A DNA stretch of 64,000 nt, taken from assembly GCA_964199315.1 (NCBI GenBank), contig OZ116703.1, positions 7,812,001 to 7,876,000 of the forward strand, given 5' to 3'. This DNA comes from Orbicella franksi (taxonomy: Eukaryota). A program made the position numbers and the translations under genes. The notes under the pieces were generated by a model that saw nothing but the letters and a program-made list of their open reading frames with translations, did not search any database and had not been told where the DNA came from. Below are positions 38,201 to 48,317 of this stretch, in pieces; positions within the stretch are counted from its first letter, which is position 1, and every line of letters starts with the position of its first letter.

Positions 38201-39091
38201 CAAGATAACCTTGTTTGAGATACATTACTTTTTGGAGAGAAATATTAAAAAAAAGCCGAAATTGTTGAACTCAGTGCTAGAGGATTTTAAGAAGGCGAAC
38301 ACAGTGGCCTGTTTCAAAACTAATCTCAAGACTCTTCTTTCTGAGAAAGCCTTACATTTTTAGTTAGTTGCGTATTGTTTGTAAATAATTGTAAAAGGTA
38401 TTAGGTTTAAGATAATGCACCCTATAAGGCCTGGTTTTAACTACGACACACGGCACAAGCACAAGCATTAGCGTATCGTGAGGACACCCACATCACAAGC
38501 ATAAGCGCTGAGCACAAGCACACGGTGCTGAGGACGCGCACAAGCGTAAGCAAAAGCAGAACAAAACGTTTTGTTCTTCTTGTGCTTGTGCTTATGTCAA
38601 GTGAGAACGCACTGATGAAAGCATAGGCGATGAGCACTGTCTGCCATCTTGTTTTACTGTATTGAGGAGGTATGGAACTGAGAAGGCGGCAATTATCCAT
38701 TCTGCGCATGCGTACTTGCTTATGCTTGTGTTGTGGCCGTCTTAGGCTCAGTATCTTTATGCTTATGCTTGTGCTTATGTCGTCGTGAATATTATTATTC
38801 AATCTGTTGCTTTTGATCATTAGCACCTGCAAACGATTCGGACAGCAAGCCTGGGTTGTGGCGGCTATTGTATCTACAGAAGTGTTGATCTGCGTCAAGT
38901 TTGGCTGGGAGACCATCAGTATACCCCTACCTATGCATGTAGCTGCATTCTGGATTCTCTTCTTTGGCACCTGGACTCTTTGGACTGTGTGGAACTTTTG
39001 GCCTTCCATCATCGATGGCTTTGGAGTACATCATCATGACTCGGAGAGTAATGGAAAAAGTAACACGGAACATAGACCGAAGCGTGAATGA
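12637..39091 (+). CDS. PTDSS2: Phosphatidylserine synthase 2, 12 exons, 1380-nt CDS, 459 aa (whole-gene span)
   Basis: All 11 introns GT-AG with matching phases. Motifs [90 protein letters not shown] match PSS2 as recalled. Confidence 0.96.
13423..14235. mobile_element. Non-autonomous hAT-type MITE with 5-bp TSD (hAT5-like)
   Basis: TIR CAGGGCTTGAAATT...AATTTCAAGCCCTG; TAATA on both flanks; subterminal (T)GGCGAC motifs. Confidence 0.8.
15240..15460 (-). mobile_element. Repeat with tRNA-like segment (SINE-like)
   Basis: Reverse complement gtagctcagtggatagagcg...gggttcgattcct carries A and B boxes within a non-tRNA context. Confidence 0.6.
16005..16110. repeat. 21-bp minisatellite inside the left inverted end (fewer units in the right end, ~18090-18170)
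   Basis: Alternating ttcattatgttgtgtggtttc / ttcattatgtgttgtagttac units. Confidence 0.8.
16427..17030 (+). pseudogene. Decayed transposase N-terminus (SAM-like/HTH region preceding an integrase core)
   Basis: [30 protein letters not shown]..., [35 protein letters not shown]; stops and frameshifts; catalytic core absent. Confidence 0.6.
17095..17705. mobile_element. MITE-like repeat inside the IS3EU element
   Basis: Ends gctggttttcacatgacgtcac ... gcgtgacgctgaaatccagc; related degenerate copy at ~15605-15905. Confidence 0.55.
18440..18712 (-). mobile_element. tRNA-derived SINE (same family as the decayed copies at ~39500, 43490, 44770, 45240, 46350)
   Basis: Reverse complement ...gggttcaagccctg...gacactttactctcacagtgcctctctccaccca...actagcatcc...gtagaaatactcctagtc. 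Confidence 0.75.
18880..18981 (+). CDS. PTDSS2: PTDSS2 exon 2
   Basis: [34 protein letters not shown]; tttcctcAG / GTTAGA. Confidence 0.92.
19140..19222 (+). CDS. PTDSS2: PTDSS2 exon 3
   Basis: [27 protein letters not shown]; AG/GT, phase 2 to 1. Confidence 0.93.
19947..20014 (+). CDS. PTDSS2: PTDSS2 exon 4
   Basis: [23 protein letters not shown]; AG/GTATGT. Confidence 0.93.
20522..20656 (+). CDS. PTDSS2: PTDSS2 exon 5
   Basis: [45 protein letters not shown]; 135 nt, phase 0/0. Confidence 0.92.
21972..22022 (+). CDS. PTDSS2: PTDSS2 exon 6
   Basis: [17 protein letters not shown]; AG/GTAAGA. Confidence 0.92.
22618..22731 (+). CDS. PTDSS2: PTDSS2 exon 7
   Basis: [38 protein letters not shown]; AG/GTAAGT. 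Confidence 0.95.
23887..23964 (+). CDS. PTDSS2: PTDSS2 exon 8
   Basis: [26 protein letters not shown]. Confidence 0.94.
24404..24444 (+). CDS. PTDSS2: PTDSS2 exon 9
   Basis: [13 protein letters not shown]; 41 nt; phase 2 donor opens a 12.6-kb intron. Confidence 0.92.
25957..26979 (-). CDS. Merlin / ISXO2-like (IS1595 family) DDE transposase, 340 aa
   Basis: N-terminal Zn ribbon (CDIC...W.C), [59 protein letters not shown]; uninterrupted ORF with D/D/E present. Confidence 0.92.
   Translation of the reverse strand: MYSVTHKRKIGIQVGCAAVERKEIGVQCSHSIESYGRRNNETGFLTYDELLRNHLWTKDYTIEWLKKEKLLATNRICDICCSEMKLRECSDRSDGYVWECRRQIGRKRHRTEKSIREGSWFEQSNLSIEEVIKFTYWWSQGLEQWQIKQQLGLGSHTAVDWDMFCRELCEVTLFENREKLGGPGKVVQIDESKIGKRKYHRGHVVEGQWVSGGIEEESRKCFIVCVEDRTEGTLLKHVQEWIEPGTTIVSDCWKAYVNLDKYGYIHKTVNHSVEFVSPEGYDTNKQEGHWRQMKVNLPTHGRKKEHYSSYLAEFIWRYVNRGKDLFIVFLKDVARVYKLE
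27005..27280 (+). repeat. Two 139-bp direct repeats between the divergent transposase and NTPase genes
   Basis: tctgataaacgt... begins at 27005 and 27144; a separate 90-bp direct pair lies at 25765/25855, 3' of the transposase. Confidence 0.8.
27862..30546 (+). pseudogene. DUF3987/YfjI-like P-loop NTPase, two exons, ~505 aa when restored; disrupted in this copy
   Basis: Walker A GPPTTGKS, Walker-B-like [16 protein letters not shown] arginine motif. Exon 1 = 27862-28661 + 29028-29328; donor GAG|GTAAGC at 29329; acceptor tttttAG at 30129; exon 2 = 30130-30546 in phase. A 366-bp duplicated insert introduces TAA at 28666. Confidence 0.75.
30817..31097 (+). repeat. 75-bp subterminal tandem repeat (~3.75 copies) of the Merlin unit
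   Basis: Units start at 30817, 30892, 30967, 31042; each has repeated (A/G)CGTATCC octamers. Confidence 0.9.
33527..33711. mobile_element. Small hAT-like MITE
   Basis: CAGGGATTTCA...TGAAACCCCTG ends; flanks atgttgca / aaattgca (degenerate 8-bp TSD). Confidence 0.5.
33804..34601 (-). CDS. Class I SAM-dependent methyltransferase, intronless CDS, 265 aa, nested antisense in PTDSS2 intron 9
   Basis: Motif [10 protein letters not shown], post-I VVGVDPD, motif II YDIVFSN, motif III LKSGG; ATG-to-TAG uninterrupted. Confidence 0.92.
   Translation of the reverse strand: MTSLTTNTAAEGYKESSLPVQNESGKTFIRVNVNPQPGDTILDLGCGTGGLSAYLAELVGPKGKVVGVDPDKERLQLARQSYGDIKNLSFIEGSSSQFPGIRSEMYDIVFSNYVIQWIPDKDNAFQNMYTSLKSGGKVAAQYVSYLYPFMLNAFQELNPEKAAQIIGMFNFEERAKIEQYCSAAGFHIINSYDTESAQFVFESTDGFLKWLWSTTNGLFDPKLVTEERLQRYHPYSSPTGGKPLDFRGIKEETTVCRLLAVKKVH
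35153..36709. mobile_element. MITE-bounded block with GGGGTC-repeat TIRs
   Basis: GTGTCAGTAAAACGCGG...(GGGGTC)n and (GACCCC)n...CCGCGTCTTACTGACAC inverted ends. Confidence 0.65.
37092..37206 (+). CDS. PTDSS2: PTDSS2 exon 10
   Basis: [38 protein letters not shown]. Confidence 0.94.
37962..38107 (+). CDS. PTDSS2: PTDSS2 exon 11
   Basis: [22 protein letters not shown]...ETFRYMDDP. Confidence 0.94.
38430..38790. mobile_element. MITE with GCACAA/GCATAA hexamer arms
   Basis: (cacaag/cataag)n on the left, (cttatg/cttgtg)n on the right, in inverted arrangement. Confidence 0.6.
38824..39091 (+). CDS. PTDSS2: PTDSS2 exon 12 (terminal)
   Basis: [26 protein letters not shown]...HRPKRE*. Confidence 0.93.
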
Positions 39092-41371
39092 GCTAGGCAC
39101 AATTTTTTAAGGGACTGTTAGGTATGCTTGACTTGTGATCTAAACTCCAGCACCAAGCTCGGAATTTTAATACTCAATACCGATTGCTATAGAGTGATTG
39201 CAAAGTGTGTTCTGAGAATTTGATAGTTCATCACGACTATCGTCTAGTTGACTACTTCCTTAATTCTCACCACCTGTATGCTTGACGTTGTATTGTCATT
39301 GGAAGGAGAAATGAGATGCCGATCTCTTTAGAACCTACATGTATAGACTACGAGTAGTCGTCGACTTTTCCTCAAATTTTGCTTACATGCGCGTGGAAAT
39401 GTTTCCTTTATGTAAATCTCTGGTGAAAACATTATGGGAATTGACAGAGGAAAGATTCTTTCCATTCCCGATAATTCGGCTGCTTTGCTTTCTGCTCACG
39501 TGGGAGGCGCGGTGGCCTAGTCCACTGGACTTCTGATCAAACTCTGGCTTGGATCATTGTGCCGTGTACTTGAGCAAAACACTTTAGTCTCGCATTGTCT
39601 CTCATCGAAGAGGGACTACTCGCAGTTCATAACTTGTAGTAATTCATACCCTCAACAATTAGTATTAATTTATTCAAGAAATAAACAGATCCCGCAAGTG
39701 GAAGTTAGTTTGTGTGGAACACCTGCAAGGACAATGGGCACTTTTATAAACACTGCGTTCACCATCCTTTGCTAGTCCGGCGTTTGTGTGCCTGGGTGCA
39801 AATTCTTGCTAGCCAGCCATGCAACCGTCTGTAAGCTGTGCGCTGCCGAAAAAGAAGTTCTTCTTGGTTCAAGTTTTTCCATTCACTTGCGCTTTTCACA
39901 CTATTAAATCTCTTAGCTTGAATAATGTATTCCCTAAGGTGGTACGTAAGGTCAACAAAGACACGCCTTTGCACTTTTAGTTGATTCACGTAAATATTAA
40001 ATTGAATGCTTTGTATGATTGTAGGCTAGGGAGTTATTAATTTATATATTATCTTAAGCGTGAGGTTCTACGCCACAGATCAAAAAACTAATATAAATTG
40101 GGAAAAAATGTTAGGTTATTTTAAAACAAGAACAGTCTAATGTACTGGTTTGTATTTTCTTTGTATGGATTATTTAAGGTCCAGACTGTTATAGTTTCAA
40201 TTGTGAGAATGCCATTTCCTATTTTTAATCCACCAAACAATTTTTAAGAATTGTAGGTCATGTAATTTAAGACGAAGGACAGCCGAGAATGTAAATTATT
40301 GCAAAAGCAAGTTTGGCCGATGCAAAATTTAAGATTAATTTTAACAGTATGTTAGCTGTGTTCCGGAGTCTCAGTTACGTTTGGTAATATTTATGCCTCG
40401 GATCATAACTGTATTACAGGAAGAATAAAGCATTTGAAACAAGGTCAGCTTCTTTGCATCTGTGTAAAAAGCTCATTCACTGATAATATACTCCAATGAA
40501 ACCACAATAATGTTTAAAACAAACACGGTGTACCAGCCTTGGAAAACTATAACAGTCTTGGAGCGTCTCGGGCCTGCAGATACTGCATCCAAAAAACGGG
40601 TTACATAGAACGTAATGGATGGAAATTTCCCCAATTGACAATTTTTCATTCTGAATTCGCCCTTCGCCACTCACCTTTCACCATTTCTTATTTCCCACTC
40701 ACCGTTAGCCATTTCCTACTTCCTCAATTTCTCATTTTCATTTTCATTTGCCCTTTCCTTTTTCCCTTTTCCATTCCCCATTCCTCATTCGATATACCTC
40801 ACTTTCCATTTCTCATTTCCCATTCTCTTCCTCTTTGTCTATTTCCCTCTCCCAATTTCTTGTTTCCTGGTCCTTGTTTGCTCTTCTTCATTCCTTGTTC
40901 CCTGTCTCCTGTTCTCTCTCCCCTGTTCCCTGTTCGCTGATCTCGATTTTCCCCGGGAGCAGTGCTACAACCTCGTTTCCAGGGTCTCATCATTATTTTG
41001 CTTTTCCATTCGTCAGGAAGACAATCGATTCGTGTGGACGGTCTGCTACAATCAACAGTACATGTGCAAACAGCTAATGGCGTGACACTTTTGAGAGACA
41101 CCCGAAAGATATTCCTATTCCCGTCCTTTAACAGGCAGCCCAAAAATGCTAGGTTTACTACCATTTCGGAAAGCTAATTATTTGGAAAATGACCAAAAAC
41201 AGTCGCAAGAAGTCCATTATGCCTGTTTTCGGGCAACATTGAATTGTTCCATGTATCACTAAAAAGCATTTTTTTTTCAGTTTTCTGTCAAAAGACTTTA
41301 TTCTGCCAGCTTTGAATTTACCGGGACTTCGCATAAAAATTATTGAAGGCTGTCAATCTGCAGGAATGACG

Positions 41372-41479
41372 TGACGTCACATCCGGTAGGGTATCCCATT
41401 ATACACCAAAAGCACAATCTTAGATCACGTGGTAAGAGGCACGTCTTCAAAAATATGGCGGGGTTGTGTGTCTTGGAAG
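41372..41479 (+). promoter_or_regulatory. Probable promoter and first exon of an unidentified spliced locus
   Basis: TGACGTCA (CRE) at 41372, CACGTG E-box at 41426, aaaaatATGGCG (ATG at 41455, also a YY1-like core), donor AAG|GTAAGA at 41480. Confidence 0.55.
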
Positions 41480-41973
41480 GTAAGAAAATTTGGCGTTTTT
41501 CTGTTTTTATTTGTTTCTCTTTGCCCTGTTTTTACATTGTCATAAGTAAGATGTATGTCTTCAAATTGAAAAGTAACTAGCAGAAGTTAATTCAAGTGGA
41601 AGGAAGCGTTTTTTAGAAGGTGAATTTGAGCATATGTCAATACATAACACTTCATTGGGGCTTCAATATTAGGTAAACTACTTTTAAAATCACTAGGCTG
41701 GTCTTTAAAATAAACAGCTGTGCATATTTTTGAACCCATTTGGAAGCTAAATTGTAGGGCTTTCATTAACGTTTTCAGCAGTAAGGCGACTGGTTTCCAC
41801 TAGTGGGCAAAACTATTTGAAATGAACTTCTTTATAAGAAACACTCTCCTCTAGATGGTCAAACCAGGCAGACAAAATCCCCAGGCGGGGGAGGGGGGGA
41901 GGCACTGCCATATATGGGCTGTATAGGTATGTGCCGCTGTGAAGGGTATGGTTTTCAAGCAGTTTACTCTAGG

Positions 41974-42012
<39 letters not shown>

Positions 42013-42272
42013 GTATAATTTTTCAGAAAACTGACTAAAATCAAATTGGCAAGTTTAAATTTAGGTAAATCAGCCTCAACAGTGTTGATAGATGGGGGGA
42101 TTTGGAGAGTTTACCTAGTATAGGGTAGCAAAATTCAGCTGAACTAGCTCTGGTTTAGGCTAAGGGTTCCAGGTTCCCAGCGGCACATCCCAACCCAGAA
42201 ATTCCCAAAGTACCCCCCCCCCCCCCCAGGGCAAAATCTTCCTCACAGCTGGTCAATTTTGCCTAGTGCCTG

Positions 42273-42500
42273 GGGCCCGTTTCTCGAAAGCCCCGGAAAC
42301 TTTTCCGGCCCATAAAACCATAGCAAAATCGCGAACCTTACGATTACAGAGCTGTTTTATTCACATATTCTTAATATGAAGAGAAGTTCCCTTCATATAA
42401 GAAGTTTCAGGTGTATACACTTCTCCGTCTTTAGATATAGATGGACCAAAAATGGCTTCATGGGTCCGTAAAGTTTCTGGGGCTTTCGAGAAACGGGCCC
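42273..42500. mobile_element. Harbinger-like MITE, 3-bp TSD CTG
   Basis: ctg|GGGCCCGTTTCTCGAAAG...CTTTCGAGAAACGGGCCC|ctg. Confidence 0.8.
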
Positions 42501-43295
42501 CTGGCCCTTAATGACACTCCCTTTGAATTGTTGATGTTATCCCTCTAATCAAACATGTGTGACAAATCTCTTAATGCAGGTCCAGTTTTAGCCCTACATT
42601 ATATAAATACATATATTATTATTATATGGCTAGCTCCCTGAGCAGGCCAGTGGCACTATCTTGCCTTTCAGGGTTACATGGCACGATGTCTAACAAGAAA
42701 AAATTGTTCTTTATCCCATATAATAATTCCTATATTGACCAAGCTTGTTCGGTCAAGATGGCTAAATATTGGCCTTGTTCTTTGTTTGCATGCTATGGAC
42801 CTTGACTATGTTTTGGTCCATAACCATGCAAAAAAAAGAACTTGGTCAATATCCAGCCATCTTGACCTCATGCTTGGTTAGAAACCCATAATTTTATGTA
42901 ATTGGACTGAGTGGAGCACAGTTTAGGGTGTAATTGTTTGAGTACAGGTAATTTCAAATTGACCGAGTGTGCAGGACAATGCTGCGATTACTTATAATTC
43001 CAACAATAACAAATTTCAAGATTAAAAGAGTCTTTAATTCTAGTTACAGGATCTTATATGAGTCCTATTTTACCTCCCCAGCATACATTGTACATATCCT
43101 GCATTCAGTAGACATTAAGATTATTGGAACCTTTCAAGTAGTTGTCGTTATCTGCATACTATTTATAAACAAAGTTTGCCTTATCCTGTTGTTCTACTGT
43201 TCATCTTAGGACTGCAGCCTTTTGTGTCATATTTGCAGTTTTTCCAGTGCTTACCAGGATTGAATGCTTTTAAAGTCTTTCCTCTTTCTTACCAG

Positions 43296-46200
43296 ATTGA
43301 GATCAGAGAAGCAACAATAAAGTTTATACACTGAAACTTATATGGAAAGAAATTCACTTTGAGCATTAGATCCCATAATAGGTGAGTCCTGATTTCTTTG
43401 TGTTTGGTTGGAGTGGTTATTAATTTTTTTGCTACTTGTACTAGGAGTAATAACACACAATGCTGCCAAAAATGAAATTAACAGGGAAGTTGTTGTTGGT
43501 CTAATACATGTAGTTAGTGTACTGGACTGCACATTAAGCAGTCTTTGGGCAAGAAACTTTGCTCTCACAGTGCCTCTCACCACCCAGGTGGACAATTGGT
43601 ACTTGGTTAATTCAATGCTGGGGCTAACCCCGTAACAGACTGGCATCTCAGCCAGGGGTTGGGAAGAGTAGAAATACTTTTCAGCACTTTTGCTTCCAAA
43701 ACCAGCATAAGCTGTGGTGTTTTAGATCGCTTGGCCTGAAACAGATTCTACCTTACCTTCATTGTCAAACCTCTTCCTTAGTAGTGTTGAAACGTTTTTA
43801 AGGAAATCTGTTGACTTATTTTTTATGGGCTGTGTAGTTTGTAAAACTTAAGAGATTAAGGCTGTCATAAAGGTTAAAACGTTTCCTGTTTCTTGTTAGA
43901 TTCAAATCAGGGAAACAACAATGAAAGTATATGCTGAGACTTGAGAGGGGAAAAAATCACGTTGGAAAAAATCACGTTGAAACAGTGGATTCTGTGGTAA
44001 GTGAGTCACAATTTCTTTGTGTTTGGTTTCATGTACTAGACATGCCTGAGTGCACAATGAACAGAGGGGGACATTGGGGTTTATGGTATTGTGGTATTGG
44101 ACAATTGTGGTATTTCGGTAATTTTAATCTCCAAATGTGGTATAATTGCGGTATTCTCCAAACCTACAGGATGCAGTTTTTTAGCATGTATTAGAAATTA
44201 TCCTCTAAGTCCTGCAATGTTTTCCAAGCCTTTTCCAGTTTCCGATTGGACATTCCCAATGAAACTTAGCTCTCATGGAAATGGAAAACTACAATTCCTT
44301 GTGTTGCAGTCAAAAAAGGATAAGTATTTTTGTTGATCATTTAGCCAGTACACCAGTGGATGTTACTTATTTTGATTATTTTGTCTAGAGCAAAAATTAC
44401 TTGACTTTATGTTCATTAACAAATTCTTAAAATTGCTAAATCTGCTCTAAAATTAAGATACAGAGTAGTGGTTTCGGTACGACATCGAGTTTCGACTCAG
44501 TATTGAAGTATTGCGGTATTTGGTGATATTTTTTTGTGATATTGTGGCATTTGTTGAATTTTTTTGTGATATTGTGGAGTTCAGAACCCCCCAATGTCCC
44601 CCTCATGTATATGTAGGTGGAAGGGATGTTACTGTTTCATGGTTTAGCTATGTCAAGAAACTTGTTATGTGGCCATACTACATCTAATAGGCCTTCAGGG
44701 CAAGGGTGTACAAAAATTCCTTAAAACTGCAATGCCTGGGATACCATTGTTGACGAGTATTCTTTTGTGGGAGGAGGGACAGAAGTCTAGTGTTAAGCAC
44801 TCTGGACTGCAGATCAAGAGGTCTAATTGGTTTTAATAATGGCTAGGGTCTCTGTGATGTGTTCTTGGGCAAGACACTTGACTCTCACACTACCTCTAAA
44901 TGGGTACTGGGTAAATTTAATAGACTTACATGTAACAGACTTGCATCCCATCCCATCCCATCCCATCTTATCCCATTATTGCCAAATCTGATAAGTTATT
45001 TTTAATTGTGTAGTGAGTAAAACTTAAGAGATCAAGGCTGTTATGAAGGTTAAAATAGTTCCCATTTTTTACTAGATAGAAACCAGAAGGCTGTGTGCTG
45101 AGGCTTATGTGGAAAAAGATTCATACTGAGGTAATAGATTCCACATCAGGTGAGTCTTTTTGTTTCTTTGTGTCTAGTGGGCAAAGTTGTCAGTGACACA
45201 ATTATACCTGCGCTAGGAAAATTAAAACAAATAGAGATGTTATTGTTTCACAGTTCAGCTATCGCACTGCATTGTGTTCTTGGACATGACAGGTTACTCT
45301 CACAGTGCCTCCCTCCCCCCAGATATACAAATGGGTACAGGGTGAATATCATACTGGGGCTAGCCCTGCATTCCATTGATGCTATACTCAAACTGGAATA
45401 AGCTGTGGTAGTTTGGATTACTTGGGCTGTTGAAATCTTTACCTTACCTTCAGTGCTGAAACTTCCCCTTGTAGCGTTTAAACTTTAAAAATCTGAAGAC
45501 TTATTTTCAATTGTGTAGTTTGTAAAACTTAAGGAATTCCATAAAAGTTAAAAAATTTGCACTTTTTTGGCAGATGCCTAACAGAAGCAAGGAAAGGGCT
45601 ATGTGTCAAGACTTAAGAGGAGAAAGAATCAAACAGAGACACTGGGTTCCATAGTAGGTAAGTCACAATTTTATTCATGTCTTTTATCATGTACCAGAAA
45701 TTAATAATACATTATTATTATTGCACACAAGGCAGGCAGAAGATTAAAACAAACAGAGATGTTATTGTATCATACTGTTCAGCTACAGTGGAACCCCACC
45801 TTACGGTCACCTTGTCAATATGGTTACCTCATTATTATGGCCACTTTTTTTTGTCCCGGCAAAGCACTTATATATTTTCTGATAGGTCAGGAAAACCCTG
45901 TTAATGCAGCCACCCTGTTAATATGGCCTCATTATAATATCCCAACCTGTATAATCCTTTACAATTTTACCCCATTTACTTTATGCGGCCACTCGACCCA
46001 GTTATGTTCATCTTTTCAATCTAAATATTGTACATATGAACTAAATGAAGTTTCAATTTTTTGAAAATTCTATCTACATTCCAGATAATTATAAAAGAAC
46101 AGTTGTTCAGAAGTGCAATTGTGATATATCTGTTACTTCTGTTAAGATCTCACTCAATTTAGACCAAATTGTTAATACGGCCAAATTTTCATGGCCTGTT

Positions 46201-46539
46201 GGTGACCGTATTAGTGGGGTTGCACTGCATGTCTCTCAACAAACCGTTATATGGCCAACGTATACCTTAGCCCTTCGAGGGTAGGGTGTACAAAAATTCC
46301 TTAAGACTGCAATGCTCGGGGTACTGTTGTTGAGGAGTATTGTTTTGTGGGAGGAGGGACACAGTGCACTAATGGTTAGTATACTGGACTGTACATCAAG
46401 CAGTCTGGGTTTGAGCCAATGGTTCGGATCTCTGCATTGGGCAAGACACTTGAGTCTCACACTACCTCTATCCACCTAGGTGTACAAACACGTACTGGGT
46501 AAATTTGATACTGGATACTGGATGACAGACTAGCATCCC

Positions 46540-46613
<74 letters not shown>

Positions 46614-47001
46614 CTTCATTTAAAGAGGGTGACACTTGATAGTGAAAAACTAATGAACTTGTGGCCCTCTATAAACATTGTTACAATTTAAATAAAACCT
46701 ATTTTAATTAGTAACCTAATTAAGAACTTATTTAAAACCTAATTAAAAATCACAATGTCCACCAGATTTAGGCAGAATAGAAATACCCATTTTCCACTTC
46801 ATGCGTCAGTGACCTGGATAAGCTGGGTTGGTGTGGATCACTTAACCTGATGGTTTAGTTTTTGAAATTAAGAATGATGGATGTCATAAAGGTTAAAACA
46901 TTTCCTGTTTCTCGCTAGATACAAAACAGAGAAGAAACAATAAAAGCTGTGCTGTCTTAAGAGGAAAACGAATCAAAGTGAGACATTGGATCCTTTGTTA
47001 G
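43296..47001 (+). repeat. Five homologous exon-like cassettes in a degenerate tandem duplication (43296-43381, 43900-43996/44000, 45076-45149, 45574-45657, 46919-47001)
   Basis: Each has pyrimidine tract + AG|AT start and a GT(G/A)AGT or GTGCGT donor; flanking intron sequence (tgtgtagtttgtaaaacttaag...cataaaggttaaaa) and a decayed SINE repeat with the unit; stops in all three frames. Confidence 0.7.
46540..46611. repeat. (TCAA)n microsatellite at the end of a SINE copy
   Basis: Perfect tetramer run. Confidence 0.95.
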
Positions 47002-48213
47002 GTGCGTCACAATTTTCTTTTAAAAGGAAGAGTTTTTAATCACTTGATGGTGCATGTACTAGGAATAATTGTACACATTGCAAGGAAATAATTTAAACGA
47101 ATGGCGAAGTTATTGTTTCAATTTGAGTGGACAAAGATAGGGATCTTATCCATGGATGTAAAAAAGCTGTGAACTACCTTGTATGCTACACGAGAGTAAA
47201 GCATGTTTTCTGAAAGTACACTTGAAATAACTTTCTTGGTTACAAATTTCAGTCTCATCATATGCTAAAACTTTCACAATGGGAGAGAAATGCCTCATAA
47301 CTACGTTCAAATCACGGAGTTATTTATTTGTTTTTACTTTTTGCCGTGACAATTTTCGGATTTTCACCGTTGTGTGAAATTCCCTCAGGAGTTTCGGATA
47401 CGACTGGGAAATGTTCTAGAAATAGCTGTCAAAAGGAAAGTTCCCTTCAGTCGTAGTTTCGTAAAAGCCGTCGTGTGAAAAGTTTAAGCGATAGGTGTTG
47501 GGTAGTCAGAAAAAAAAAAAAACATAATTACTTGTAATTACTGTAAAATCTTTTATAATGTACTAATTACCTTGCATGCACCTCTCAGGGAAAGAATTTT
47601 GCTTGTTTGCATGAGTATTACATTTGAACAACAATTTGAATTTTAAAGCAACTTTGTCTTAATATTCGCTTGTGTAAATTTTTTAATTTTTGTTTGCATT
47701 TGGTCATAAGCGTCTAGCAAATTACATTACCTTTATTTTAATACTTATTTTAAATGTGAAGCAACCCGAAAGCTTTTTCGTTTAAAAAAATTTCACGAGT
47801 TATTCAAGGATGGCGACTATTAACCACGCATAAATTCATCCTCGGGAAGAAAATGCAAATATTGCGGGCCGTTTAGTCGCGAACATTTTTGCCGTAAAAT
47901 TTTTAGTGTGCTATTTTGCTAGTGAGAGCTTTTAGACCGCAAAAGTTGCTAGTGAAGGTTAATTTTAGAGTGCTATGTTTTAGCCGGTGCTATTTATTTC
48001 GTTTTGCTGCTTGTCCGCGTTTTATGTTCTTCTTAATATCATTATGTTAACTCCCTGTATTTCTTTGTTGATGATATCACCAAACGACAAGCGCATTCCC
48101 GATGAGAGAATTTACTTGTAAACTTTAGTCCAGTATACACTGTATGTATATTTTGTTCTTTGACTTTCAGTATACCCATTGTTAATTGAAAGCTTTATTT
48201 ATCTTTCTTTCAG

Positions 48214-48317
48214 GCTATCATCTCGAGTGTACATGCAGCGACATTAACATGAAGAAAGAAGCAAAGGAAAGCAAAGACCTCCGTTTAGATGTTTCTATAG
48301 TGGATCACCTTTTAAAA
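48214..48317 (+). CDS. Candidate exon of the 41.4-kb locus
   Basis: Acceptor atctttctttcAG; open in phase 1 (GYHLECTCSDINMKKEAKESKDLRLDVSIVDHLLK), matching the phase of exon 41455-41479; donor GTAAGG. No homology recognised. Confidence 0.35.

Noticed and set aside
38437-39012. 191-aa minus-strand ORF
   Set aside because: Antisense to PTDSS2 exon 12 plus a hexamer-repeat MITE.
40539-41164. Phe/Pro/Ser-rich and antisense Gly/Arg-rich ORFs
   Set aside because: Pyrimidine-rich low-complexity MITE interior.
43296-47001. snoRNA host-gene interpretation of the stop-laden cassettes
   Set aside because: No paired C (RTGATGA) / D (CTGA) boxes with terminal stems seen in the repeated introns; the conserved intron core is a SINE. 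H/ACA RNAs cannot be excluded by eye.
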